The notes below the pieces were generated by a model. The model ran no database searches and was not told the DNA's origin. It saw only the letters and a list, made by a program, of their open reading frames with translations. A program made the position numbers and the translations under genes. From the NCBI GenBank assembly GCA_023245035.1, contig JAHFLD010000003.1, positions 55,736 to 119,735 of the forward strand: 64,000 nucleotides of DNA, given 5' to 3'. This document shows, one piece after another, positions 21,401 to 30,471 of this stretch. The stretch's first letter is position 1. Each line of letters opens with the position of its first letter. Source of the DNA: Candidatus Harrisonbacteria bacterium (GTDB lineage Bacteria; Patescibacteriota; Minisyncoccia; UBA6257; 1-14-0-10-40-38).

Positions 21401-22032
21401 GCGCCTTTAATATAGTCCGGTTTGCTCCCAAGGATGCGACCAAAAAAGCCAAGCCGGTGGAATACCAAGTTCCCCGCAATGTTGAGATTTTTGTTAAAGA
21501 GGGCGAAGAGGTGGCCAAGGGCACGATCTTGTCGGAGGGACACGTTGATCTCAAAGAACTTTTTGAGCTCAAAGGGCGGATTGAAGTGGAGCGTTACGTA
21601 GTGGATGAGGTACAGAGGATTTATTTAAGCGAGGGCGCGAGTATCAGCAACAAGCACATTGAGCTAATTATTCGCCAAATGTTTTCGCGGGTGAAGATTA
21701 AAGAATCCGGCGATACTAATTTTGTTGAGGGAGACGTGGTGGAGAAGTCGGTATTTTTCGAGATTAACCGCCGGATGCGTCGCGCCGAAAAACTTCCGGC
21801 TAAGGGCAAGACGATGTTGCTGGGTATTACCAAGGTTGCCCTGTCTACCGAGAGCTTCTTGTCCGCCGCCTCATTTATTGAAACCGCCAAGGTTTTAATT
21901 AACGCGGCCATCGAAAGCAAGGTTGATAAGCTCCGTGGACTTAAAGAGAATGTGATTATTGGTCGTCTGATTCCGGCTGGCACCGGTTACGGAGTGGATC
22001 GCGATACGGGAGCGCGAAGCCAGGCGGAATAG
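18469..22032 (+). CDS. rpoC: RNA polymerase beta' subunit
   Basis: NADFDGDQMAVH, GKRVDYSGRSVI, QSIGEPGTQLTMRTFH. Confidence 0.99.
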   Translation: MNFNAIKLKIASPDEILQWSHGEVIKPETINYRTQRPEKDGLFSERIFGPTKDWECYCGKYRRSRYKGIVCDKCNVEVTRSAVRRERMGHIMLAAPVAHIWFLKNAPSKISLFLDVSVPKLERVIYYTAYIVTGVNEANKKKIAEELEREFKSRKKNIAEEGVNLETLRSAMSDVEEQLEKLAVGTILTEAEFHSLSLRFANAFEAGTGAEAVRKILAAIDLKSLVQALLKELVIQKDSLREVRILRRLKLAQSMLRNNLRPEWMILSVLPVLPPDLRPMVALDGGRYATSDLNDLYRRVINRNNRLKKLMELKAPEVIVTNEKRMLQEAVDALVDNSARFGTQQMSAQKRPLTSLADQLKGKQGRFRQNLLGKRVDYSGRSVIVIGPELKLGQCGLPKRMALELFKPFVISKIIERGLAHNIRNANRLIEQTTPEVWEILEEVIQNRKVLLNRAPTLHRLGIQAFQPLLIEDLAIRIPPMVCQAFNADFDGDQMAVHLPLSEDAQREASEIMLSSRNLLKPASGDPIATPSQDIVLGCYFLTKIDEAGFGTGRRFSDNNEALLAHENAIVEINALIKIGPARAELETSVGRLIFNAVLPTGFRYVNELMNKKTLSRLVGEIINAYGIEASADVLDNIKKVGFEYATKSGTSWGMADLQTPPEKELLVKGAEVEIGIIRQQFAEGLLTDSERRSRVVAAWKKVVDKLNKEIVPKTLSAHSSVYSIIDSGARGSWSQPGQMMGMKGLVQNPKNEVIELPVRSSFKQGLGVLEYFISTHGSRKGLTDTALKTASAGYLTRRLVDVAQDVIVQENDCKTDKGVEIRRADGLSFGSSFASRLFSRTLLQDVKIERKILARAGEIVDRQMSYDIEKAAVDSVWVRSPMTCETLFGVCSQCYGYDLGTNKKVAIGSAVGIVAAQSIGEPGTQLTMRTFHIGGVAGADITHGLPRIEELFEARPPKGKALLADEDGVVAAIENKGAFNIVRFAPKDATKKAKPVEYQVPRNVEIFVKEGEEVAKGTILSEGHVDLKELFELKGRIEVERYVVDEVQRIYLSEGASISNKHIELIIRQMFSRVKIKESGDTNFVEGDVVEKSVFFEINRRMRRAEKLPAKGKTMLLGITKVALSTESFLSAASFIETAKVLINAAIESKVDKLRGLKENVIIGRLIPAGTGYGVDRDTGARSQAE

Positions 22033-22084
22033 ACTTTTTGAGTTGACTTATCTCAATTGATTCTATAGATTACAGTTATATTTT

Positions 22085-22513
22085 ATGGATGTTATAGATG
22101 ATGTTCGCAAAGAATATGAGTTGGCTTTTATGTTGGCTCTGCCCGAAGAGGAGGCGGAGCTGGAAAAGGCCTTGCTTGAAGCCAAGGTAGAGATTCGCGC
22201 TCGGCGTCCTTTGGCGGCGGTGCGACTGGCGTACCCGATAAAAAAACAAAACACCGCCCATTTTGGCGCTTGGAAGTTTGTGGCTTTGCCGAATTCGGTG
22301 CAGGCAATACGGCTTTCGCTGGGATTGCGTTCAAAAGTAATTCGCTTCTTGATTACGGCGGTTGCTCCGGAGCGGCAGGTTCCGGCACCGGTGAAACCGG
22401 AAGTTAAAGAGGCCGCCACGCCGGCAAAGCCGACGAAAGCTCGAGCGCGAGTTAAGCCTCAAGTTTTGAGCAACGAGGCGCTTGAGGAAAAGCTAGTAGA
22501 AATTTTGAAGTAG
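22085..22513 (+). CDS. rpsF: 30S ribosomal protein S6 (divergent)
   Basis: YEL.F, RLAYPIKK, VIRFLI; first gene of the rpsF-ssb-rpsR cluster. Confidence 0.88.
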   Translation: MDVIDDVRKEYELAFMLALPEEEAELEKALLEAKVEIRARRPLAAVRLAYPIKKQNTAHFGAWKFVALPNSVQAIRLSLGLRSKVIRFLITAVAPERQVPAPVKPEVKEAATPAKPTKARARVKPQVLSNEALEEKLVEILK

Positions 22514-22517
22514 CTCC

Positions 22518-22979
22518 ATGAATCTCAACAAAGTTTTTATCTTGGGCAGACTGACCGCCGATCCGCAGTTGCGTTCAACGCCAAGCGGCCAGCAAGTTGG
22601 ATCTTTTGCCGTGGCGACTAACCGCGTGTGGAATGACAAGAGTGGCCAGAAGCAGGCGGCAACCGAGTATCACAGCATTGTGGTGTGGGGAAGACAGGCG
22701 GAGGTTGCCTCCAAGTTCTTGCGAAAAGGCGGACTGGTGCTGGTTGAGGGCAGGATGCAGACCCGTTCTTGGGATGACGCTCAGGGCCAGAAGCGCAAGA
22801 CCACAGAGATTGTCGCCGAGCGGATTCAGTTGGGACCCCGACCAACCGGCTCTCAAGGCAATTTTGGCGCTGAAACTCCGACTGCCGATCCATTTGCTTC
22901 GCCGACCGATGACAAGAAAGAAGATATTCCAATTATTAGCGTTGACGAGGAGACCTCGAAGGATGACCTACCGTTTTAA
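22518..22979 (+). CDS. ssb: Single-stranded DNA-binding protein
   Basis: LNKVFILGRLTADP, VEGRMQTRSW, C-terminal DDLPF. Confidence 0.97.
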   Translation: MNLNKVFILGRLTADPQLRSTPSGQQVGSFAVATNRVWNDKSGQKQAATEYHSIVVWGRQAEVASKFLRKGGLVLVEGRMQTRSWDDAQGQKRKTTEIVAERIQLGPRPTGSQGNFGAETPTADPFASPTDDKKEDIPIISVDEETSKDDLPF

Positions 22980-22984
22980 CTTCT

Positions 22985-23191
22985 ATGACTATGCACCAAT
23001 GTTATTTCTGTTCGCAAAATATAAACACGATTGATTACAAGGAGGCCGAGTTGTTGCGCAAGTTTATTTCTTCGCAGGCTAAAATTATTGATCGCCGTTA
23101 TACTAATACTTGCGCTAAGCACCAGCGAGCGCTGGCTCAGGCGATTAAGCGGTCGCGTTTTTTGGGTCTTTTGCCGTACGTGCGGCGATAG
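22985..23191 (+). CDS. rpsR: 30S ribosomal protein S18
   Basis: CYFC..IDYK..LRKFIS..CAKHQR.LA.AIKRSR.LGLLPY. Confidence 0.97.
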   Translation: MTMHQCYFCSQNINTIDYKEAELLRKFISSQAKIIDRRYTNTCAKHQRALAQAIKRSRFLGLLPYVRR

Positions 23192-23210
23192 TTTTTAGAC
23201 GTTGTTTGTC

Positions 23211-23747
23211 ATGCCATCCGATGTCGTTTTTTCAGGTTTACTTCGAACCATCGTTAGCGGAAACGTTGTTTTTGAATCGCTGACGGTTTTTTTTGCCGCT
23301 TATTTACCGTACGTTACCATTTTGGCGGCGGTTTTTCTTTTGTTTCGGGAGACGCTTTGGCGGCGGCGGCTTTACAACATATTGCTGGTTGGGCTTTCGG
23401 GTATCTTGGCCTACGGCGTGGTGACCCCGATTTTTCGTTTCTTTTTACCCCGTCCTCGCCCATTTGTCGCGCTTGATTTTACCCCGCTTGTCGCGGTAGA
23501 TATTACTCCGTCTTTTCCCTCCGGACACGCTATTTTCTTTTTTGCCATAGCGACCGCTTTTTATTTTTTGCGCCCGCGCGCCGGTTTTTGGTTTTTGATA
23601 GTTGCTGGAATTATCAGCGTGGCTCGGGTGGCGGCCGGAATTCATTGGACATTTGATATTATCGGCGGCGCTTTATTGGGAATCTTGTGCGGTTATGCCG
23701 CTAAACTTATTTTGCCTCATTTGAACTTTCCTAAGAGCGAGTCTTAA
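23211..23747 (+). CDS. PAP2-family membrane phosphatase (BcrC-like undecaprenyl-PP phosphatase)
   Basis: RPRP, SFPSGH, ARVAAGIHWTFDI. Confidence 0.88.
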   Translation: MPSDVVFSGLLRTIVSGNVVFESLTVFFAAYLPYVTILAAVFLLFRETLWRRRLYNILLVGLSGILAYGVVTPIFRFFLPRPRPFVALDFTPLVAVDITPSFPSGHAIFFFAIATAFYFLRPRAGFWFLIVAGIISVARVAAGIHWTFDIIGGALLGILCGYAAKLILPHLNFPKSES

Positions 23748-23753
23748 AAATAT

Positions 23754-25532
23754 ATGAGCGCTAGATCGGCTGATCAAATTCGTACAGCTTTTCTGGAATT
23801 TTTTAAAGCGCGGGCTCACGCGGTGGTGCCGTCTTCGTCTTTGATACCCGACGATCCGTCGGTGCTTTTGACCACCGCCGGCATGCAACAGTTTAAAAAA
23901 TATTACACCGGCGAAGCGGATCCGGTGCGGGACTTTGGGAGTCACAACACCACTTCGGCGCAAAAATCTTTTCGGACTTCGGATATTGACGAGGTGGGGG
24001 ATGAGCGACACCTGACTTTTTTTGAAATGCTGGGAAATTTTTCGTTCGGCTATAAGGCGGGTGAACGGCGTTTGCCAAAGGACGGATATTTTAAGCGCGA
24101 GGCGATTGCTTACGCGCATGAGTTTCTCACCAAGACTCTCGGACTTCATATTTCTTACGTGACGGTTTTTCAGGGAATGCCCGGCGTGCCCAAAGACGAA
24201 GAGTCTATAGCCATCTGGAGAGCGCTTGGCGTGACTGATATTCGCGAGGAGTTGTGGGATGTTTTTTGGGGGCCAACGGGATCGGCCGGTCCCTGCGGGC
24301 CAACGACCGAGATCTATTGCAAAAACGGCGCCGGAGACGATATTGAAGTTTGGAACATAGTTTTCAATCAGTTCTTTTTCTCCGGATCGCGCGAGGAGTT
24401 GCAGGCCGGAAGTTCCGGTAAGATTTTGGAGCCTCTTAAAACACCCGGTGTGGATACGGGCATGGGTTTGGAGCGCTTGGCGATGATCGCGCAGGGAACA
24501 AAAACTATTTTTGAGACGGATTTATTTAAGTCAATAATTTCTTTGCTGCCCCAAGGGATGGACGAGCGGATTGGGCGTATTTTTGCGGATCACTTGAGGG
24601 CCGTGGCGTTTTTGATTGGCGACGGGGTGCGACCTTCCAACAGAGATGCTGGTTATGTTTTGCGGAGACTCTTACGGCGGCTGATGGTCTATGGAGTTGG
24701 ATGGGAGATTGAACCGCTTTTCCGCGCTGTGGTAGCGCAATACAAGCAAGCTTATCCAGAACTTTCATTGGAAATTATCAACGAGGTTTATCGTTTGGAG
24801 AGGGATAAGTTTTCGAAAACTTTGTCGCAGGGACTTCGTGAACTCGATCGTTTGCAAAAAATAAATGCCGCCTCGGCTTTTAAACTCTACGAGAGTTTTG
24901 GTTTGCCCTACGAGATTATTAAGGAAAAAGCAGGGGCTCGCGGCGAAGAGCTTCGGCGAGATCTTTTTGATGCCGAGTTTAAGAAGCACCAAGAAATTTC
25001 GCGGGCAGGCAGTCAAAAAAAATTCGGCGGGCACGGACTTTTGCTTGATACCGGCGAACTAAAGGCGGGGAATGAGGAGGAGCTAAAAAAAGTAACGCGA
25101 TTGCACACGGCAACGCACATGCTTCAACAGGCTTTGCGCGTCGTTTTGGGGAACGAGGTGCGTCAAGCGGGTTCGGATATCACCGCGGAGCGAACGCGTT
25201 TTGATTTTACCTTTTCGCGCAAGCTGACTTTGGAGGAGGTGAAAAAAGTGGAGGAGCTGGTTAATCAAAAGATCGGCCAGGCCTTACTGATGCAAAAGGT
25301 GATTTTGCCGAAGGCGGAGGCGGAAAAAACCGGAGCGCTTTATTCCTCTAAGGAAAAGTATCCCGATCCGGTAAATGTTTATTTTTTGGGTGAATCTTTG
25401 GGTACGGCGTGGAGCAAGGAGTTTTGCGGGGGGCCGCATGTTGCAAACAGCCGCGAAATTGGGCGGTTCAGGATTTTAAAGGAAGAGGGCGTGGCCGCTG
25501 GCGTTCGCCGGATTCGAGCCACGGTCGGTTGA
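23754..25532 (+). CDS. alaS: Alanine--tRNA ligase, short form
   Basis: LLTTAGMQQFK, HLTFFEMLGNFSFG, VDTGMGLER, HTATH and CGGPH editing motifs, ends GVRRIRA. Confidence 0.97.
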   Translation: MSARSADQIRTAFLEFFKARAHAVVPSSSLIPDDPSVLLTTAGMQQFKKYYTGEADPVRDFGSHNTTSAQKSFRTSDIDEVGDERHLTFFEMLGNFSFGYKAGERRLPKDGYFKREAIAYAHEFLTKTLGLHISYVTVFQGMPGVPKDEESIAIWRALGVTDIREELWDVFWGPTGSAGPCGPTTEIYCKNGAGDDIEVWNIVFNQFFFSGSREELQAGSSGKILEPLKTPGVDTGMGLERLAMIAQGTKTIFETDLFKSIISLLPQGMDERIGRIFADHLRAVAFLIGDGVRPSNRDAGYVLRRLLRRLMVYGVGWEIEPLFRAVVAQYKQAYPELSLEIINEVYRLERDKFSKTLSQGLRELDRLQKINAASAFKLYESFGLPYEIIKEKAGARGEELRRDLFDAEFKKHQEISRAGSQKKFGGHGLLLDTGELKAGNEEELKKVTRLHTATHMLQQALRVVLGNEVRQAGSDITAERTRFDFTFSRKLTLEEVKKVEELVNQKIGQALLMQKVILPKAEAEKTGALYSSKEKYPDPVNVYFLGESLGTAWSKEFCGGPHVANSREIGRFRILKEEGVAAGVRRIRATVG

Positions 25533-25576
25533 CAATTATAGTATTTAGCAGATATAATTTGGCCAGTTCTTTGAGA
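25529..25576 (+). promoter_or_regulatory. Sigma70 promoter plus boxA-like element
   Basis: TTGACA-18-TATAAT, then GTTCTTTGAGA at 25566. Confidence 0.65.
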
Positions 25577-25642
25577 GATGAGCCTTAGGTTCCGCAGTGT
25601 TTGCGGAATAAGGGGCGGGTTAATCAAAGACGGGAGAGTCTT

Positions 25643-26254
25643 ATGTCTCGGCCAAAGAGTCAGTTTTTGTCATCGCTGGGAGTTCTTTTTGAACTCTTCA
25701 AGGCGGTGACTGATAGGGTGTTGGAGAAGGGCGGTAGTGACGAGGACATTGCTCGGATTGGGAAAGATCCCGAACTCGCGGAGGGGATTGCGAAGATGAT
25801 TCTCGCCTCCTGCGCCGAGACGAAGCCTTATAAAATCGCTTTCATCGTTGAATCATCCCGGACTCTCAAAAAGATGATTGTGGATGGCAGATACGACGGT
25901 GGTAGCTCAGGCATCATCGCGGAAGAGTTTCCGATCGAAGCTACGGGAAAGCAGGAGGTTGTACTCGAGCTTCTTCACTTTAACCGTCGCATTTCCACCG
26001 AAGATGCACTTATTGAGATCGAGCGGCGTGGCCTGGAGCCTGCTAAGTTTATACACTTGCTTGCTTTTGGTAAGCACCATCCCGAGCTTCAGCTTCAGTT
26101 TTCGATCGTTGCTCTGGGTTCTGTGTTGCCACCACTCGGTGGTTTTCGCGTACCTTGTCTTAACGCGTGTTCCGGTCGACGCTGCTTGATTCTGGAATGG
26201 GGAGATTGCGTCTGGGACGAGAATTACCGTTTTCTGGTTGTGCACAAGTCCTAG
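25643..26254 (+). CDS. Hypothetical protein with a DGR-target-like (CLec-like) C-terminus
   Basis: GGGAG SD, own promoter and terminator; ends VALGS..VPCL..RCLILEW...WDENYRFLVV. Confidence 0.7.
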   Translation: MSRPKSQFLSSLGVLFELFKAVTDRVLEKGGSDEDIARIGKDPELAEGIAKMILASCAETKPYKIAFIVESSRTLKKMIVDGRYDGGSSGIIAEEFPIEATGKQEVVLELLHFNRRISTEDALIEIERRGLEPAKFIHLLAFGKHHPELQLQFSIVALGSVLPPLGGFRVPCLNACSGRRCLILEWGDCVWDENYRFLVVHKS

Positions 26255-26355
26255 GATTGGACCCTTGGTAGCTTAGTTCTTTTCGCCCGACATTACGCCG
26301 GGCGATTTTTTTATTTTCACTAGGTTTGGGTTGGCGAAGAGTTTATACTTGTTGA

Positions 26356-27567
26356 GTGAGATTTTGGCCTTCAGTTCTACCTTTAGTTTTTGGCGCTAAT
26401 CACGGAGAGCGGTTTTTTGTAATTTGCTTTGAAGCCTCGGGCGTGCGCCTGTATCGCCTGGAGGCGAGGCGAGAAACAAAAACACTCAAGGTGCTTAGCG
26501 CTCTATATACGCCGGTTGCTTCACCCACATATTCCGTTTTGGTTGCGGCGGCGCGACAGATGAGTCGCCGGTTTTTGGATTTTAAAACTTCGCGGGTGTT
26601 GGTGCTTACCGGGGCGCGTTTGGCGACGGTTATTTTGGGAGGCGCGAGCATGGCCCGGGAAGATGCCGAACGCGAAATTGACGAGACGGAGTTGGAGAAC
26701 TCTTTTGTGCAGGCGCTCTGGCAGGCTTTTGACCGCGAGCGAGCCTCGGCGGGCATTAAGATGCGAGTCCATGACTTGGAGGTGGCGGTGGCGGATGTGA
26801 GGTTGCTACGCACCGTGCTTGATGGGCACGCCGTTCCTAATCCAATCGGTTTTTCGGCCAAAGAAATTTCTTTTTCTTTTGAAATTGTTTTGAGCCCCAA
26901 GTATTTTTTGCGCCAGCTTTATGAGTTTATTTCCGAGGAGCAATTGGTTTTTATCTCCGATCGGGGGGCGGTTTACGCGCAGTTTCTTACGCGATCCACG
27001 GAGAAGCTACCGGAGTTTTCTTTATTGTATGCCGACCTGCGACACGGCGATTTATATGCTGGCGGTCTTCAAGGTTTGCGTTTTTTGGGCGAGGTGGCGT
27101 GGGGGAGGGAGGCGATCGGGCAATCTTTGCAAAACGATTTTTGTTTGCCGCTGTCTTCGGTTGAGGCGTTTTATCGCCGTTTGGTGGCGGCTGATTTTGG
27201 GCCCGGGGTTTTGCGCGGCGCTAAAAAATCTTTTTCGGGGGCGCTCGCAAAGTGCTTGGCGTCGCTTTACGAACGCGATAGCGGTATTTTTTCCCGTCCC
27301 TTGTTTTTGGCCTCGTCGTTTGATCTTCCCCGCTGGTTTTTTGAGAAGTCGGTGCGTTTAGCCCCCTGGCCGCCGTTGGACATCAAGTTGGCGGAGGTTG
27401 CCGGGTTGCCACTTGCTCCCAAAATCATTCTTGCCTCCGGAGTTAGCGCTCCTTCCCGCGCTCTAGCCGATCTTTTGGTTTTTCATGCCGCTTTTTCTTT
27501 GACGCCGTCTCGTGATAAAATTGACAGAGTGGCAAGGAGGCACGCTCGCTGGCTTCTAGCTTCATAA
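26356..27567 (+). CDS. Highly divergent FtsA-like (actin-fold) protein
   Basis: 'REDAEREIDETEL', 'VLDGHAVPNPIG' (FtsA-like 'DG..V.NP.G'), 'WGREAI'; nucleotide-binding motifs degenerate. Confidence 0.55.
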   Translation: MRFWPSVLPLVFGANHGERFFVICFEASGVRLYRLEARRETKTLKVLSALYTPVASPTYSVLVAAARQMSRRFLDFKTSRVLVLTGARLATVILGGASMAREDAEREIDETELENSFVQALWQAFDRERASAGIKMRVHDLEVAVADVRLLRTVLDGHAVPNPIGFSAKEISFSFEIVLSPKYFLRQLYEFISEEQLVFISDRGAVYAQFLTRSTEKLPEFSLLYADLRHGDLYAGGLQGLRFLGEVAWGREAIGQSLQNDFCLPLSSVEAFYRRLVAADFGPGVLRGAKKSFSGALAKCLASLYERDSGIFSRPLFLASSFDLPRWFFEKSVRLAPWPPLDIKLAEVAGLPLAPKIILASGVSAPSRALADLLVFHAAFSLTPSRDKIDRVARRHARWLLAS

Positions 27568-27570
27568 CCC

Positions 27571-29124
27571 ATGGCTTTGATTAAAAGAATTTTTGCCCGA
27601 CCGGAAGAAGACTCCGCCGCTCTGATTGAGCGCTTGGCGGAAATTGAAGCGCGGCAAGTTGTGATAAGCATTCCGCGCTCTTCGGTCTTACTTGAATCTC
27701 GTTCTTCGTTTACGCTCTTGAGGCGCGAAGCTCTCGGACTCAAAAAAACAATTTTGATTGAATCGGTTGATTCGGAGGTTCTTACCGCCGCTCGTGGCGC
27801 CCGTCTTAGGGCCCGCAATCCATTTGGAGAGAGAAGAGGCAAGCGTTTGGCCGATATTGTTGCCGCCACCGCTTCGCGAGCCGCCGAGGTTTCGGCGCGG
27901 GATTTTTTTGAAGACGAAGAAGAAGAGGAAGTCTCAAGACCAGCGCGGCGCGGCGGATCTGTCAACGCTAAAATTCCAACTCGCCGCTTCTGGGCTAGAT
28001 TGGTTTTTTGGACAACCGGAATTTTGGCGCTTCTTGGCGCGATTTATTTGGTAATGGTTGTTCTGCCTAAGGCGGAGATTAAGATTACGGCGCGACGAGT
28101 GCCGTGGAAGTTTGACGGCTCGGTTACGGTGGATAAAAATTTGTCGCGTCTGACCGCGGAGACTGTTTCCGTTCCCGGGCAGCTTTTTGTTCAAAAGAAA
28201 AATTTTGATTCGGCGTATCCGGCGAGCGGCAAAAAAGAAGTTTCCCGCGCCGCGAGCGGGCAGATTACTATTTATAATACCTACTCATCCGAGCCCCAGG
28301 CTTTGGTTCTGCGAACTCGTTTTCGGGCGCCGGATGGAAAAATTTTCCGTTTAGCCAAGAGCTTGGTAGTTCCCGGGGCGAAGGTGGTGAATGGCAAGAT
28401 CGTGCCTTCAAGCATTGAGGCGGAAGTTGTGGCCGATAAAACCGGAGCGGATTACAACATCGGCCCGATAGAAAAATTCGTCATTCCGGGTTTTGAGGGG
28501 ACGCCGAAGTTTGCCGCTTTTTACGCGGAGTCCAAAACCGCGATGAGTGGCGGAGTGGTGGGGGTGGTTCCGTTTCCTACTTCGGCCGATATTGAAAATG
28601 CCAAGACGGCGGCGCTGACGACTATTCGCGATGCTCTGACCGCGGCCTTGCTGACTCAAGCCCCCAAGGATTTGAAGGTGGTTAGCGGGGCGACTGATTT
28701 TAAGCTGATTACCCAAAGAATTAGGGATACGGTCGATGCCGACGGGCGTTTTTCGATTTTTACCGAGGCTCAAATGACGATGATGGCTTTTCGTGAAAAA
28801 GATCTGGTGACAATGTTGCAAGCCAAGGCCGAAAAAGAGGCCGGTCAGGGACTTTTTTTGAAGCATTATTCTCTGGAGTACGGCACGCCGAGGTTTGTTG
28901 TTTCTGCTGGACGGCTGGAGCTCTTGGTGGTTTATCGCGCGGAGTTGGTTCGGGATGTGGATCTGGCGGCTTTGCGGCGGCTGGTTCTGGGGAAGTCGGA
29001 GACCGAGCTTAAGGTGGCAGTGCTGGCTTTGCCGGGGTTAGAGAGCGCCCAAATTTCGCTTTGGCCCTTTTGGGTGAGAAGCGTTCCGAACCGCGAGGAG
29101 CGGGTGGCGATTAATATCCAGTAG
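27571..29124 (+). CDS. Single-TM protein with a baseplate-J-like extracellular domain
   Basis: A.G.ITIYN...Q.LV..TRF...DG.IF, 'V.AD..G..YNIGP..F.IPG', MSGG, C-terminal WPFWV.S.P. Confidence 0.7.
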   Translation: MALIKRIFARPEEDSAALIERLAEIEARQVVISIPRSSVLLESRSSFTLLRREALGLKKTILIESVDSEVLTAARGARLRARNPFGERRGKRLADIVAATASRAAEVSARDFFEDEEEEEVSRPARRGGSVNAKIPTRRFWARLVFWTTGILALLGAIYLVMVVLPKAEIKITARRVPWKFDGSVTVDKNLSRLTAETVSVPGQLFVQKKNFDSAYPASGKKEVSRAASGQITIYNTYSSEPQALVLRTRFRAPDGKIFRLAKSLVVPGAKVVNGKIVPSSIEAEVVADKTGADYNIGPIEKFVIPGFEGTPKFAAFYAESKTAMSGGVVGVVPFPTSADIENAKTAALTTIRDALTAALLTQAPKDLKVVSGATDFKLITQRIRDTVDADGRFSIFTEAQMTMMAFREKDLVTMLQAKAEKEAGQGLFLKHYSLEYGTPRFVVSAGRLELLVVYRAELVRDVDLAALRRLVLGKSETELKVAVLALPGLESAQISLWPFWVRSVPNREERVAINIQ

Positions 29125-29196
29125 GTTCCATAAATCGCTGTTTTTTCGGGTTGGAGTTGACTTCGGTTGGGCTTTTTTGTTAATATCCCTACTTGC

Positions 29197-29409
29197 ATGC
29201 TTGATCGGAATATTCCCGCTCGCGAGGGGCGTGTCGAAGAATCGCTTCCCGGAACTATGTTTCGGGTGAAACTTTATGATGGCAATGTCGTCTTGGCCCA
29301 TCTTGCGGGCAAGATGCGTCTCCATTATATTAAGATACTTCCCGGAGATCGCGTGCTTTTGGAATTGAGTCCCGATGGCGAGCGTGGCAGAATTATCCGC
29401 CGATTATAA
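29197..29409 (+). CDS. infA: Translation initiation factor IF-1
   Basis: [34 protein letters not shown]. Confidence 0.96.
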   Translation: MLDRNIPAREGRVEESLPGTMFRVKLYDGNVVLAHLAGKMRLHYIKILPGDRVLLELSPDGERGRIIRRL

Positions 29410-29422
29410 TTAGGTTATTTTT

Positions 29423-29536
29423 ATGAAGGTTCGTTCATCAGTCAAACCAATTTGCAACAAGTGCAAGACGGTTCGCCGCCGCCGCCGGGTTTTGGTTATC
29501 TGTACCATTCCGAAGCACAAGCAACGGCAGGGATAA
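29423..29536 (+). CDS. rpmJ: 50S ribosomal protein L36, not in the ORF track
   Basis: Hand translation [37 protein letters not shown]. Confidence 0.97.
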   Translation: MKVRSSVKPICNKCKTVRRRRRVLVICTIPKHKQRQG

Positions 29537-29584
29537 AAATTAAATTTTGCCGGAGGACGATCAGCGATTAACCAATCAAACACC

Positions 29585-29968
29585 ATGAGACTTCTAGGTA
29601 TCAACATCCCTGATAACAAGCGCATTATTATCGCGTTGGCTTATCTTTATGGAATTGGGCCTACGAGGGCGGCGGAGATTTTGACGGCGACCAAAATAAA
29701 TCCGGATAAACGCGCCAGCACGCTCGACTTAAACGAGGTGAACAAGATCAAGGAGTATGTAGAAAAGCATTTCAAAATTGAGGGTGAATTGCGGCAAATC
29801 ATTAAACAGAACATCGCTTTGCTTAAGGATCTGCAAACTTATCGCGGGGCGCGCCACGCCCGACGTTTGCCGGTTCGCGGTCAGAGAACTAAGACTAATT
29901 CTCGCACCGTTCGCGGCAATGTTCGCAAGACGGCCGGAAGCGGCAAGCGAAAGGTGGCATTGAAGTAA
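29585..29968 (+). CDS. rpsM: 30S ribosomal protein S13
   Basis: LYGIG, IEGELR, YRG.RH...LPVRGQRTKTNSRT. Confidence 0.98.
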   Translation: MRLLGINIPDNKRIIIALAYLYGIGPTRAAEILTATKINPDKRASTLDLNEVNKIKEYVEKHFKIEGELRQIIKQNIALLKDLQTYRGARHARRLPVRGQRTKTNSRTVRGNVRKTAGSGKRKVALK

Positions 29969-29997
29969 AATCGCCTTTATTGTAGGATTACAAACCC

Positions 29998-30450
29998 ATG
30001 GGAAAGAAAAAAGTTGCCAGTCAAACATCGGATGAGGCCATCAAAGAGAAGGATGCTTTGGATGTGGCTTTTCAAAAAACTGCCGGAAAGTCGGCCAGCA
30101 ACCGCCACGAACGCGGCAAGGTTTTTATTAATTGCTCTTATAACAACACTTTGATTTCCATTACCGATGACAAGGGCGGTGTGGTGGCTTGGAGCTCCGC
30201 CGGCGCCTTGGGTTTTAACGGCCCTAAAAAGGCGACCCCATTCGCGGCTTCAAAGGTGGTGGCGGCGCTAGCCGAAAAGGTTAAAAAGGCAGGTCCTTTT
30301 AACGTGGAAGTTCTGGTTAACGGCATCGGCGGGGGACGGGATTCGGCGGTTAGATCGCTCGCCGCGCGCGGTTTTAATATTCTTTCCATCCGCGATGTGA
30401 CGCCGATTCCGCACAACGGTCCGCGCCCGCCAAAAGTTCGGCGAGTGTAG
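29998..30450 (+). CDS. rpsK: 30S ribosomal protein S11
   Basis: NNT...ITD, KKATPFAA, GR.SA.R, DVTPIPHNG.RPPK.RRV. Confidence 0.98.
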   Translation: MGKKKVASQTSDEAIKEKDALDVAFQKTAGKSASNRHERGKVFINCSYNNTLISITDDKGGVVAWSSAGALGFNGPKKATPFAASKVVAALAEKVKKAGPFNVEVLVNGIGGGRDSAVRSLAARGFNILSIRDVTPIPHNGPRPPKVRRV

Positions 30451-30471
30451 TCAAGAATTTACAACACTCAA

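Noticed and set aside
27571-29124. Prophage or contractile tail locus suggested by the baseplate-J-like domain
   Set aside because: The protein has a TM anchor and lies among core genes, with no sheath, tube or capsid genes.
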